This document shows, piece by piece, positions 8,684-19,300 of a stretch of DNA of 64,000 bases. The stretch lies in IMG/VR virus record IMGVR_UViG_3300023259_000001, positions 23,752-87,751 of that record. One strand, 5' to 3'. How positions within the stretch are numbered: the stretch's first letter is position 1; each line of letters begins with the position of its first letter. The position numbers and the translations under genes were made by a program. The notes under the pieces are model-generated. The model worked only from the letters and a program-made list of their open reading frames with translations, searched no databases and was not told the DNA's origin. The stretch comes from a virus (Duplodnaviria > Caudoviricetes).

Positions 8684-9030
8684 TTGATGCACTTACGCCT
8701 TCCCAGATCGAATTCCTGGCCCGCGAGCTGCTGCGGTTGCAAAAAGGCTACATATGGGCCAAGACCGCCGCTGAAGTTCCCGAGGCCTGCGGCAGCTACA
8801 TCCTGTATCAACGACTTCGGCCCGGCGGCGGAGGTGTCTGCCACTGCCTCCGCAAAGCCTTCCCCGGCCAGCCTGGAGCAATGTGGGGCATCGAAACAGA
8901 CCAGATCTTTCTTTACAGGCTGGATGACGATGGCAGCGTGGTGCGATGGCTGGATCACGGGCCAGAGCCAGAACCGGACGAAGAGGAAGACGTCCCCGGA
9001 TTTTGCACTAAATGCGGAGCGCCATCATGA
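8674..9030 (+). CDS. Hypothetical protein
   Basis: SD GAGGAG; C-terminal CTKC. Confidence 0.65.
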   Translation: MPIVDALTPSQIEFLARELLRLQKGYIWAKTAAEVPEACGSYILYQRLRPGGGGVCHCLRKAFPGQPGAMWGIETDQIFLYRLDDDGSVVRWLDHGPEPEPDEEEDVPGFCTKCGAPS

Positions 9031-9491
9031 AAGCTCTAACCCTCACCCAACCTTGGGCCACGCTGGTAGCCATCGGTGCCAAGAAAATTGAGACGCGAAG
9101 CTGGTACACGCACTATCGCGGCCCGCTGGCCATCCATGCAGCCAAGGGATTTCCGAAGTGGGCGCGCGATTTCACGCTTGAGCCTGCCTGCTATCACGCA
9201 ATGGAGATACTCGGGTACAAAACGCGCCGCTGGTTCCCACGCTATCCGCTCGGGGCCGTGATCGCCACATGCACACTCGTGGACTGCGTGCGGATGGTCG
9301 AGCCGCCAGTCCCGCGTTTGCCAATCAGCATCGGGCGGTATGACGACAGGCTGATCGACCACCCCGTGGAGTTGGACTTCGGCGACTATTCTCCGGGGCG
9401 ATTTGCCTGGATTCTCAAAGGGGTGGAATGCTTTGAAAATCCGATACCAGCGACTGGCGCGCTGGGCCTCTGGGAGTGGACGCGGCCATGA
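9027..9491 (+). CDS. ASCH-domain protein
   Basis: MKALTLTQPWATLVAIGAKKIETRSW...YRGPLAIHAAK...GALGLW. Confidence 0.9.
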   Translation: MKALTLTQPWATLVAIGAKKIETRSWYTHYRGPLAIHAAKGFPKWARDFTLEPACYHAMEILGYKTRRWFPRYPLGAVIATCTLVDCVRMVEPPVPRLPISIGRYDDRLIDHPVELDFGDYSPGRFAWILKGVECFENPIPATGALGLWEWTRP

Positions 9492-9871
9492 TCCTATCCA
9501 CTCACCAACTCACCCGCTGGCTCATGCGGGAAGTCCACGGGGCAGGTATCCCCAGGAAAGCACCAAGGAAGGCGCTGAGCGGGCCTGTGCGATCTTGGCG
9601 CTATCGCCAGTGGATCAGGAGCCTGCCTTGCGCTGCCTGTGGGCTGGAGCCGGCTGGGGAAGCGGCGCATACCGGATCTGACGGCGGAATGCGCCAGAAG
9701 GCATCGGACTTCTCGGTGATTCCGCTATGCCCGGATTGTCATCGATTCGGAGCTGGAGCTTATCACGCGATCGGCCGGCGTCAGTTTGAACGGCGGCGCT
9801 CGATCGACATTGACGCCCTGGTGCGCAGGCTGAATGATCTGTGGTGGAAGGGAAGGAAGGTAGCAGCATGA
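9488..9871 (+). CDS. DUF968-like HNH/Zn nuclease-fold protein
   Basis: WIRSLPCAACG...AAH...KASDFSVIPLCPDCH...H. Confidence 0.8.
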   Translation: MILSTHQLTRWLMREVHGAGIPRKAPRKALSGPVRSWRYRQWIRSLPCAACGLEPAGEAAHTGSDGGMRQKASDFSVIPLCPDCHRFGAGAYHAIGRRQFERRRSIDIDALVRRLNDLWWKGRKVAA

Positions 9872-10062
9872 AAAACGCGGTACGGATTACGGTGCGCCAG
9901 GGGAAGATCAAGCGGCGGTTTGTGGTGACGAAGGCGCCCTTCCCGGATGTTGGAGATATTTGCGACTTGCCTGGAAGCCCCGGATGGGAAGTGGTCAGCA
10001 CAAAGACCACCTCGGCGTTTTCTATTAAGTTCCCAGCAGTAAAGACAAAGAGGTTGGCATGA
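9868..10062 (+). CDS. Hypothetical protein
   Basis: ATGA coupling at both ends. Confidence 0.6.
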   Translation: MKNAVRITVRQGKIKRRFVVTKAPFPDVGDICDLPGSPGWEVVSTKTTSAFSIKFPAVKTKRLA

Positions 10063-10409
10063 CGCCCCGCCAGTTGGAAATTCTCCAGCACAGTTTGGGC
10101 GTGGACAAATACGGCCAGGGCGAGATATATCGCAACCACTTCTGCGCAGGCGGAAAGGATGAGGAGACTTGCCGGGAATTGGTGGCACTTGGGTTCATGT
10201 GGGAATGGCACAAGAGCTACCAGGAAATGTTCCCGTACTATAACTGCTCGGTTACGGAAGCCGGTAAAGCGGCGATGCTGGCTGAGAGTCCGAAGCCTCC
10301 CAAGCTGTCACGCTCCCAGAAGCGATACCGCGAATTTCTGAACGCCGATCTGGGGATATCGTTCCGTGAATATCTGAAGGCGCTCGACGATGTAAGGCGG
10401 CGATCATGA
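10059..10409 (+). CDS. Hypothetical phage protein (possible winged helix)
   Basis: LQHSLG...YRNHFCAG...LVALGFM; coupled. Confidence 0.7.
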   Translation: MTPRQLEILQHSLGVDKYGQGEIYRNHFCAGGKDEETCRELVALGFMWEWHKSYQEMFPYYNCSVTEAGKAAMLAESPKPPKLSRSQKRYREFLNADLGISFREYLKALDDVRRRS

Positions 10410-10666
10410 GTCTCTTCAACGGCATCTACTACACCCGCGCCGGCAGCCGGCTGGAAGTGTCTGGCAAGCATGGAGGGCGATTCAGCCTGGAATTCGATTG
10501 GATGGAAGAGCCGGGGGCTTGCATCGACTGCGTGCCCGATCCCGAGCCGGAAGAGTTCGGGCCGGAGGACTTCAGGATCGTTTGGCGCTGCGCTCTCCAT
10601 TCCTCGGGGAATGCTCAACTGTTGCCTCGGGGAATGCCCCCCAGTTTCGGAAGGGAGTCCCAGTGA
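10406..10666 (+). CDS. Hypothetical protein
   Basis: Coupled ATGA/GTGA junctions. Confidence 0.6.
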   Translation: MSLFNGIYYTRAGSRLEVSGKHGGRFSLEFDWMEEPGACIDCVPDPEPEEFGPEDFRIVWRCALHSSGNAQLLPRGMPPSFGRESQ

Positions 10667-10947
10667 ACCACAGCAACGTAGAAGCCGCCCTAACGCTGCT
10701 TCGCAATCACCTGGCAGCCGGGCATCCGCTAGTACTATCCACAACTCAGCTTGTGCTGAGAGGGCATGTATTCCAGGGGTTCTATTCAGTGTCGGACGTG
10801 GAAAGGCATTCGGTAGCGTACATCGAGCAGCCGGTGCGGGTGGTGCGGTGCCTGAGTTTCGAGGACGCGCTACCGCATTTGATCGATTCCTGGACCTGGG
10901 AAGACGGGCCAGGGAGATATTTATTCTATGAAATGGAGAGTGACTGA
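10663..10947 (+). CDS. Hypothetical protein
   Basis: GTG coupled start, SD GGGAG. Confidence 0.6.
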   Translation: MNHSNVEAALTLLRNHLAAGHPLVLSTTQLVLRGHVFQGFYSVSDVERHSVAYIEQPVRVVRCLSFEDALPHLIDSWTWEDGPGRYLFYEMESD

Positions 10948-10948
10948 A

Positions 10949-11266
10949 ATGAAGGTAACGAAGTGGGTGGAATTCTCGCAGGAAGTCGAGATCTCCCTGG
11001 GCGTGGAGGATATTAGCTCGCTGCTCAGCGAGTCGCTAATCTCCGAGCGTCAGGAGACCATTCAAGGGGTGCTGTACGCGCTGAATAGTATCGCGACGTT
11101 TCTTCGCGCCATTGGGGACAAGCAGATCGCCGCGATGCATCCGATCCACCGGCGGACCGTCGCGACTTTTCTAGCGCAACAGTCAGGGCGCTTTCAAAAT
11201 CCGGAACCAGCCGGGGACGCGGCGGCGGCCACGGCGGCACCAAACAATGAAGATTTGAAAGGTTGA
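10949..11266 (+). CDS. Hypothetical protein
   Basis: SD GGAGAG, protein-like. Confidence 0.65.
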   Translation: MKVTKWVEFSQEVEISLGVEDISSLLSESLISERQETIQGVLYALNSIATFLRAIGDKQIAAMHPIHRRTVATFLAQQSGRFQNPEPAGDAAAATAAPNNEDLKG

Positions 11267-11269
11267 ACC

Positions 11270-11494
11270 ATGACACTCTCACGGCTTGTAACCTACTACT
11301 ACCACGACAGAATGATGTTACCCAAGCTGCCCATGAGATTCTTTGGATGCAGGCACAAACGTACGACTTGGCCCCAGAGGCCCCGCGCCAAGGGGCCGGC
11401 ACAGTCCTCGGGCGGGGAAGTGGTAATGTGTTCGGATTGCGGCCGGAGATTCAATTACGACTGGGAAAAGATGCAGATGGGGGAAGAGATATGA
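11270..11494 (+). CDS. Small Zn-ribbon protein
   Basis: FFGCRH...VMCSDCGRRFNYDW; SD AAAGGT; its stop overlaps the next ATG. Confidence 0.65.
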   Translation: MTLSRLVTYYYHDRMMLPKLPMRFFGCRHKRTTWPQRPRAKGPAQSSGGEVVMCSDCGRRFNYDWEKMQMGEEI

Positions 11495-13014
11495 GTACTT
11501 CAATTGAATGGACGGATGTTACGTGGAATCCGACGCGGGGGTGTTCGAGGGTGAGTGAGGGGTGTAGAAACTGCTACGCGGAGCGAATAGCTGCGCGCTT
11601 CAGCGGCTCATGGAAAGGCGAGCAGGCACTGCGGTTCGAGCCGGGTCCGTTTGGCTCATTCGCGGTGAGGACCGATTCAGGCCCGCGATGGACCGGCCAC
11701 GTTGAACTGATCGAAGACAAGCTGCAGGAGCCGCTGCACTGGAAGCGGCCCCGGCGCGTCTTCGTCAACTCGATGAGCGACCTATTTCATGAGTCACTGC
11801 CGTTTGAGGATGTTGCCCTGGTCTACGCCGTGATGTACAGCGCCCACGGCGAGCACCACACGTATCAAATTCTGACAAAGCGTCCCGCAAGACGGCTTGC
11901 GTTCTTCGCGTGGCTGGCGAAAGAGTCGCATCGGCACCATTGTTCGATACCGGATCTGCTGTCTCACGAATTCGCCGCAACGCTGCCACCGGCCGCTTAC
12001 TTCTCGGACTGGCCGCATCCACATATCTGGGAAGGAGTCAGCGTCGAAGACCAATTCACCGCGGCCGCCCGCATTTCCCTGCTGCTTCAGACGCCAGCAG
12101 CACTGCGGTTTGTGTCGTATGAGCCGGCGCTGGGCCCGGTGAACTTTAGCCGACATTTTGGAGAAGGCAATGAGGCCAACGCAAAACGAGGAAGTGGTGT
12201 ACCAAGCGGTCGTGGACGAGGAGCTCAGGATCGACGGCCAAGGCAGGATATGGAGGGTGTCGGCGCGTCGGGGGAACCGATGGGCCAACACGACGAGCTT
12301 AATCCGCTGTCATCCGCGGCGTGCGGAAGTCAAGGTAACCAACGGATACCTCCAGGTCAGGGTTATGTGGAACAACAAACGGGTGGCCGCGCTAGCGCAC
12401 CGTCTCGTGTGGCTGCACTTTTACGGACCAATCCCTCCGGATTTGACGGTGAACCACAGGAACGGCAAGACGAACGACAACGATCCAGGGAACCTCGAAC
12501 TGGCGACGTACTCGTACCAGGTCATTCACTCGTGGCGGGTATTGAAACGGAGGTGGCAAAGCGGAGAGACGAATCATCGGGCGACGCTTACGGAATCGGC
12601 GGTCCTGGAGATTCGCCGCAGGAGGCTTGCCGGCGAGAAACTCAAGTCGATAGCCACTACGTTCGCGGTGTCGGATCGGGAAATATCGAAAGTGGCCAGG
12701 AGAGATCGTTGGGCATTTCTTGGGTGATCTGCGGCGGCGAATCAGGCCCCGGCGCCCGCCCGTTCGATCTGGCCTGGGCGCGCAACGCACGCGATCAATG
12801 CGCGGCGGCCGGAACGGCGTTCTTTATGAAGCAAGTGGGAGCGCACCCCATTCTGTCAGTGACCGATCTCCATAAATTGCTGGCCGAGTTGCCGGATACC
12901 GACAGAACGCTGGAGGATAACTGCTACCGCCTGAAGCTCCGCGACCGCAAAGGCGGATCAATGGAAGAATGGCCAGAGGATATCCGCGTGCGCCAGTTCC
13001 CGGAGGCGCGCTGA
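11491..13014 (+). CDS. Phage Gp37/Gp68 (DUF5131) radical-SAM-like protein with a ~188-codon internal insertion
   Basis: TSIEWTDVTWNPTRGCSRVSEGCRNCYA, VFVNSMSDLFH, SYEPALGPV, WVICGGESGPGARP, FFMKQVG, RKGGSMEEWPEDIRVRQFP. Confidence 0.9.
   Translation: MSTSIEWTDVTWNPTRGCSRVSEGCRNCYAERIAARFSGSWKGEQALRFEPGPFGSFAVRTDSGPRWTGHVELIEDKLQEPLHWKRPRRVFVNSMSDLFHESLPFEDVALVYAVMYSAHGEHHTYQILTKRPARRLAFFAWLAKESHRHHCSIPDLLSHEFAATLPPAAYFSDWPHPHIWEGVSVEDQFTAAARISLLLQTPAALRFVSYEPALGPVNFSRHFGEGNEANAKRGSGVPSGRGRGAQDRRPRQDMEGVGASGEPMGQHDELNPLSSAACGSQGNQRIPPGQGYVEQQTGGRASAPSRVAALLRTNPSGFDGEPQERQDERQRSREPRTGDVLVPGHSLVAGIETEVAKRRDESSGDAYGIGGPGDSPQEACRRETQVDSHYVRGVGSGNIESGQERSLGISWVICGGESGPGARPFDLAWARNARDQCAAAGTAFFMKQVGAHPILSVTDLHKLLAELPDTDRTLEDNCYRLKLRDRKGGSMEEWPEDIRVRQFPEAR
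12170..12727 (+). CDS. HNH homing-endonuclease-like protein with C-terminal HTH, nested in another frame inside DUF5131
   Basis: GYLQV...AHRLVWLHFYGPIP..LTVNHRNGKTNDNDPGNLELAT...N; GETNHRATLTESAVLEIR; SD GGAGAAGG. Confidence 0.85.
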   Translation: MRPTQNEEVVYQAVVDEELRIDGQGRIWRVSARRGNRWANTTSLIRCHPRRAEVKVTNGYLQVRVMWNNKRVAALAHRLVWLHFYGPIPPDLTVNHRNGKTNDNDPGNLELATYSYQVIHSWRVLKRRWQSGETNHRATLTESAVLEIRRRRLAGEKLKSIATTFAVSDREISKVARRDRWAFLG

Positions 13015-13205
13015 TGCCAATAGCGTATCTCGCCGATGAACCAGCGATTGCGCACGAGTGTATCCGCTGCCACGTGGCGTTTCGTTCGAAATGCCGCAAC
13101 GTGAAGCGCTGCCCAACCTGCCGCAAGTTGAGGAAGGTCGAGGCGCAGGTGCCCTACTGTGAACGCAAGGCGCGCAGGGATAGACGGGGAATGGGAGTAA
13201 GGTAA
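13014..13205 (+). CDS. Small Zn-finger protein
   Basis: CIRC...CPTC; TGATG coupling, SD GGAGG. Confidence 0.65.
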   Translation: MPIAYLADEPAIAHECIRCHVAFRSKCRNVKRCPTCRKLRKVEAQVPYCERKARRDRRGMGVR

Positions 13206-13225
13206 AAGGTCTGTACAGACCTTTT
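13204..13225. terminator. Perfect 22-bp palindrome, likely bidirectional intrinsic terminator
   Basis: AAAAGGTCTGTACAGACCTTTT at the convergence of the early (+) and late (-) operons. Confidence 0.7.
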
Positions 13226-13260
13226 GTGCTTAGGCTCGCCGTGTTTGGTGGCGAAAGGTG

Positions 13261-13290
13261 AGGATAGCGGGTTGCTGAGGGGAATGTCAA
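13261..13290 (-). promoter_or_regulatory. Putative leftward sigma70 promoter
   Basis: TTGACA(13290-13285)-N18-TATCCT(13266-13261). Confidence 0.5.
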
Positions 13291-13307
13291 GTAGCAGGAT
13301 AAAGATT

Positions 13308-13359
13308 ATTGTTTGGTGCCGCGCCCGTCGCATCCGCGCCGGATCGCTGGATCCAGATT
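13308..13359 (+). repeat. Dispersed repeat copy 1 (inverted partner at 29865-29916)
   Basis: ATTGTTTGGTGCCGCGCCCGTCGCATCCGCGCCGGATCGCTGGATCCAGATT; 50/52 identical to the reverse complement of 29865-29916. Confidence 0.95.
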
Positions 13360-13371
13360 GAGCGGCTCCGG

Positions 13372-16300
13372 TTAGTGTCCCGCGGCTTCCCTGCGCAGCG
13401 CCTTCTCCCGCTTCTCTGGGCTGGAGGCATTCTGCACGATCCCCTGAGTGACGGGGTTCAGGTCGGCAGCCATCCGCCACCAGGCGTTGCCCACCCTCCC
13501 CTTGTCGCTACCGAGGAATCCGGTATGCTCGCCCACGTCGCCATAGAACGCGTTGAGCTCGCGGATCGAGGCGCCGATGGTGGCTCCAACTTCCGACGCA
13601 TAGCCGGCGTGTTTCTGCGCAGGCGCGGAAGAGAGCGCCGGCATCAGGCCACCCATGAATCCAGGCTTGCGCGTGTTGGACGTCGCAGGCATCAGCTTGG
13701 GGCCGGGCTCCACATAGGGCTCATAGCCTTGGCCCAACAGCCCGCTGCCCAGCACGAACATGGCGTGCGAGGCGGGGCCTTCCATGGGATGCGCCAGGCT
13801 GTTGGAGATATCGGAGAAGGCAGATTGCGCCATCTGCGCGCCAGTGCCACCGCCTTGCATGGTCTGGAATAGTTGCGGCACGCCGAATAGGCGGGCGCCG
13901 CGGGCCGGTAGGGGGTTGTACCAATCAAAGTTCAGATAGCCCACTTCCGGACCGGTTCCCCACATGGCATTGCCCAGTTTCGAATGCCGGTACTGATCGA
14001 TATAGCCGTTGCCACCGCCGACCGGGATGGAGAACAGTTTGGCGCGCTTGTCTTCGAGCGGCCAGTTGCCGGTGAGTAGCTTGTAGCCGATCACCCAGAG
14101 CGCCACGGCCATCATGCTCGAGGCCGCCCACATCCATGCGCGCGCTTCGGGCGTCATCTTGCCATATGGCCCTTTCCCGCCGGCGGCCAGGGGAGCCCCG
14201 GTGTAGGAGTCCACGGCGTTTACCATGCGCGTCATACCGGCGGTTGCAAACGGGCCCATGCCGATGCGCTTGATGAATTTCTCGATCTCGCCCTGGAATT
14301 CCGGGGTGTAGTTCCCGAGCTGATTGACGAAGTGGTACAAGTTGCTGGGGGTCTGCTCCTCGGCGGGGAATGCGGCCGTGAAAATGTCGTGCATCAGGAT
14401 GCGCGCGCGGGCGTCGAGCCCTTTCGGCCCGAACAACAGGGGGCCGAAAGAGGCGCGCTCGACCTTGGCGCCGGTAGCCTCGGCGAATTCTTTCGAATAC
14501 GTCACCTTGCCCGATCGCGCCGGCATGGCGCCGGCCTGCGCCATCTTCTGCAGCTTGGCGATGTTCTCCGGGGTGGTGGGATCGGTCGCCAAGAGCTTGC
14601 CGCGGATAGCCGCCCACTTGATGAGCGGCAGAGAGAGCGCTTTGTCCAGACCGGAGTTGCCCAGGAAGGGTGTGTTGGAATAAAGCGCGCCCATGACGCC
14701 GGCCGAGTGAAACAGGAATTCGTAGGGGCCCTTGGTGGCCAGCATGTTCGCCCAGGCCATCATTTTGGCTACGTCGTTCGGGTCGCTGGGTTCTTTGGCC
14801 AGGATCGGCCGTAAGCCCCGCTCCATGAACTTCGGCATAACTCCGAAGCTGGCCGGGATATGGGTAACCTTGCCGTTCTGGATCACCAGTCTGGCCTGCC
14901 CGGTTTCGACTTGCGCGCCTTCGCGGACCTCGCCGTCCGGCCCTTTGAACGTTCCGTCCCAGTTGCCGGGCTGGGGCTTGAGCCAGGCGGTCTCTCGCAG
15001 CGTCTTGATGAGCGTGGCCTTGTCGTTGGCACGGATCGCGGAGGCGAGGCGCCGGGCGAAATCCTCCATGTGCACGGAGTAGCCCCCCGAGGATAAGCCG
15101 GTGGCAAAAGCGTTCGCGATGTTCTTGGGCGGGTGGTACGGCAGGCGCCGGCCCGGTCCCGCCATGGTCTGTTTGTCCACCGGTATCAGCGGGTAGTAGG
15201 TGTCGAGCGGTCCCAGCGCATCCGAGAACACACCTTCATTGAGCGCGTGATTCTGCGCCATCACCGCTTCCACCTGGTCTTTGTAGATCTGGTGCGCCGC
15301 AGCTACTCCCGGGTTGGATTTGATGAGGCCGCGGACGTGATCGAAGGCTGGCGCTGGCATCACCCGCTGCACGCGCTCCGCGGCATCGTGGAAGGTGTTC
15401 TCGAGGAATTCGCGGAGCGTGTCCCAGTCCTTCGCCTCAGCCAGGGCCGCGGCGGTCTGTCCCAGGTCCTGCGCCAGGCCGGCGCGCCCTTCGATGTTCG
15501 AAAGCAGTTGCAGGGTCGGGTTGGGGCGCTCGCTCGAGTACTTGCCGTAGACGAAATCCTTCAGGTCTTCTTCCGTCATCTCGGCCGCCTGGTCGGCAAA
15601 ACCGTTCCAGCGATCCTGGATGCCGTCGAGACGGGACTGATCGTAAGCCGTGGCGAGCGTGTCCCAGGTGACGGGAGAGCCTTTGAGCGCCTTCATGATC
15701 GCTGGCATGGCCGAATGCAGGACTGTGGAGGCCTGCGACATGGATCCGCCGGTACGGAGGGCTGCTTCGAATACTTTGCTCGAAGCGTTCTCCACTTCGG
15801 CCAGGGATTGGCCGGGCTGCAGGATGCGCTTCAGGCCGCCCATGGAGCTGTAGTTGGCTTTGGGGGCGTCGTCTTTGCCGAATTTGCGCACCAGGGCGTC
15901 GGTCAGATCGGTGAGCATGGGCGCGGAGCCGCGCTCGCCGCTGTTGGCTGGACCGCCGATGGCGCTTGCAGCGCCCGGCCATTTGTTTGCCCATTGTTTG
16001 GCAAAGTGCGCATAAACTTCTTTTGGGGCCACGCCCACGGAAAGCACGTCGTGGCTCAGCGTGTCGATTTCTACCTCGCCCTTCGTGCTGATTAGCGCGG
16101 TGCCTCTTTGGATCTTGTCGAATTTCGGTCCATAGCTAGGCAGCCCGATTTGCTCAAACCAGTCGGGATGGTTGATGAATGCGGTGCGCTCTTTGCTGGC
16201 GACCTCCCCGTCTGGCTTGATAGCCCACATGAACTCTTTAGGGGAACTCGGCCAACCTGCGGCGTTGCCCCTCTTGATCCACGGCGCATCCGCCGGCGTC

Positions 16301-19300
16301 CCGCCATATTCTCCCCGTAGCAGGTTTGTCCCGGAGGGCTGCAAGTATGCTTGCGGGTTGGCGAGGAATTGCCCAGTCTCATGCGGCGGGACTACCGCCA
16401 TGCCTTCAGGGGTGTCGATGTGGATATCTTGGCCGGGGGCGCCGGCTTTGGCGGCTTGCAGGGCGCTGGAGAGTCTGGAATCAAATGATACTGGAGCCTT
16501 TCCGGTCTGGACGGATCCGCCGCGAACGCGGATGTAGCCCTGGTCCAAAAGTTTGGCTGTGGCTGTCCGGGCGTCGGCGGCGCCGGTGATCTTCATGGCT
16601 GTTTGGCCGTGGGTGGCAATGCCGTTTTCTCCGGTGAGGGGGATGGCTTTACCTTGAGGGGAGATCCATAGGCCGGGACCGCCTTGCTTGGATTCGGTGG
16701 AATCAGTGGTGTCTTCGGGGGTTTTGAAGAGATCACGGAGACGGGAGGATTGTTTGCTTTCTATACGGGTAGGGCCACGAGAAAGATTTTTGTTTGATGC
16801 CGCCGCCGTCACATGCGTGCCGGTGGCTGGTAGGCCCTCGGGTGTCAGGCTGCTTGGTTGGTAGGCGCTGCGCTGGCCGGTTCGGGGGATGGCGAGGGCT
16901 TCGGTTCCGCCACTGGCGGGTGGCGTTCCAGGAACCATTGGATTTGCTGCCGGGTAGTCTTCTCCTGCTCCGGCGAGGATTTCTTTGGCGTAACGTGGAC
17001 GAACATATTTTATGATCCCTCTCATGGGCTCGCCGTGCTTGCGAACCAGCTCGGTATGGTAGGCGCGGAAGAGTTTGACGCCCTCGCTGCGGGTCAGGCC
17101 CAATTCTCCATACCCTTCGCGCGCAAGCGTCCCGCCCACTTCAGCGTATGCTTGTGGCAAGGTAAGGGCCGGGCGCTTCGCCAGGACGGCATTCACCGCT
17201 GTTTGAGCCAGTGGATCGCCAGCGAGGCTGGCAGGGTCCACGTGGTCCTTTTCGATGTCGCCGCGGCCCCGGAGAATTTGCTGGCGGTGAAACTCTTCCT
17301 CAATACGGGCATCCCGCAATCTGGCGGCCGGTAGATCGCCGTCCAGCAAAACGAGCGGACCGGTTGCGGCCCGGCTGCTGGCCACAGCATCGCGAATTCT
17401 TTCAATACGTGCCGCAGCATCAGGCTCCGAATCGGTTGCCGCGAAGGCCGTCAGCGTCTTTTCGAGATCCCGCGCTACGATGTGGCCGACAGTTAGCCCG
17501 TCGAAGTCCGGCGCATTGTATCCAGCCCGCTGAAACGCGGCCATGACGATTGTGCGGGCCGCCTCATTCAGGTAGACTAGGCCCGGCGTGCCCGGTATCA
17601 GGGCTTCGTATTTGGCGTCTGCCGAACGAAAGAAGGGCTGGTGCCCGAGATGGACTGGGGATTGTTCGAGCTTGGGGCGCTCCAGAATCGCCCTTTCGGA
17701 TTGCCAGAGATTCGCCGCCGTCACATCCGTGCCGGTGGCTGGTAGACCCTCGGGTGCCGTGCTGCTTGGTCCTTGCTCACCCGCCGCTTCCTCCGCTGCC
17801 GCAGGCTCAGCCAGTTCCGCCGCTGCCGCCTGCTGGTCCGCCGCGTCGGTTTGCAACTCCTTGGCGAGCGCAGCCTGCCGCTGCAAGAGATTCTTCAGCT
17901 TGGCATCCTGTTCGAAGGGCTTGCCCAGCAGATCGTTGGTATCGGCCAGTTTGCGCTGGGTGTCCGTGATATTGGACTGCGCCGCCTCGGCATGGCGGTC
18001 GATGTTGCGGATGGCGCTTTCGATGCTGGCCAGCGTTCCCAGGGGAGCGTCGGGGTTGGTGTTGGCCGAATAGCTCCAGTTGCCCTTGATCTCGATATCG
18101 GGGAGCGGTTGCGGCTCTAGCCCCCTCGTGGTCATTCCCGGCTGCCGATATCTAGTTTCGAGCGTGAAGCCCCGGTAATTGCCGAAGGCGATAGGTTCGC
18201 GCGAATCCTTCGCTGCGTTGAGAACCTTGGCGATGGCCGCGGCGGCGTTCTTGCGCGCGTCCTCCCCGGCGAAAGTGCGCTTGCCCACGGCGAACTCGGC
18301 CGGCGACTGCTCGCGCAATGCGATGTCGCCCTGGAACTTGGCGAGCGCCTGCTGCTCCGCGCGGATGCGCAAGGGTAGAGACGCGGACTCGCGCTTCAGG
18401 TCGGCCTGCTGCTTGTCGTGGCGCGACCGCATGGCGTCGAGCTTGCGCACCTCGGCGTCAATGACGGTCTTCTCGCGGATGGCTGGATTGCCGGAAGCGA
18501 TCGCCGCGACCTCGGCGTAGGTCAGCGCGGAGTCGGCCACGTCGTCGGCGGTGCGGATGCTGACTTCGCCTCTGATGACTTGGCCGATAAATTGCGCCTT
18601 GGTCTTCAGGGTGTCCCACATCTTCGCGTCGAAGCTGGGTTCGGTGACGTACTGGTAGATTTCGACTTCCGGGTTTTCGTTCCCCTGCCGCAAGATGCGG
18701 CCTTCCCGCTGCTCAATGTCCCGTGGGCGCCAGGGCGCGTCGAGATGGTGCAAGGCAATCAGGCGCTTCTGGACGTTGAGCCCCACGCCCATCTTTTGCG
18801 TGGAGCCCATCAGCACCCGGATGCGACCGGAGTTCACGTCGTGGGAAAGCTGGGCGGCTTCCTCTGTGCCGGTGGCGTCATGGATGAATGCCACTTCCTT
18901 GGCGGGGATGCCGCGCGCGATGAGCTTGGCCTTTACGTCGTCGTAGACGCTGAACTTGTGTTTCTGGCCTGGCTCGGCAGGTTTCGAGAAGTCGAGGAAT
19001 ACGAGTTGCGCGCTGCGGTTGGCCTTGCTGTCCTTCCAGATCCGGACGATCTGGTCCACGGCCTTATTCGTTTTCGAGTCCCGGAAATCTTCCTCGCCGG
19101 GATCGACCAGGCGCATGTCGAGCGCGGACTTTCTCCCGTCGGTCGAGACCTTCAGCATGTTGTCGATGCGCGGGTCTTTGACCTTGCCGCTCTTGATGTC
19201 GTTGGCGCGCGCCGCCAGGTCCTTCAGGTACGCCGTCTGCGCGGGACTTGCCGGCGCCGCTATGGTCGTGCGCTGGCCGCCCTTCAGCCGCGGCACGGGC

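Noticed and set aside
12147-12711. Intein or group I intron explaining the DUF5131 insertion
   Set aside because: No terminal His-Asn followed by Cys/Ser/Thr in the host frame and no intron core recognised by eye; the host frame is already open
13204-13225. Protelomerase (tel) site
   Set aside because: Much shorter than N15-type telRL, no protelomerase in the window, and the position plus A/T flanks fit a bidirectional terminator
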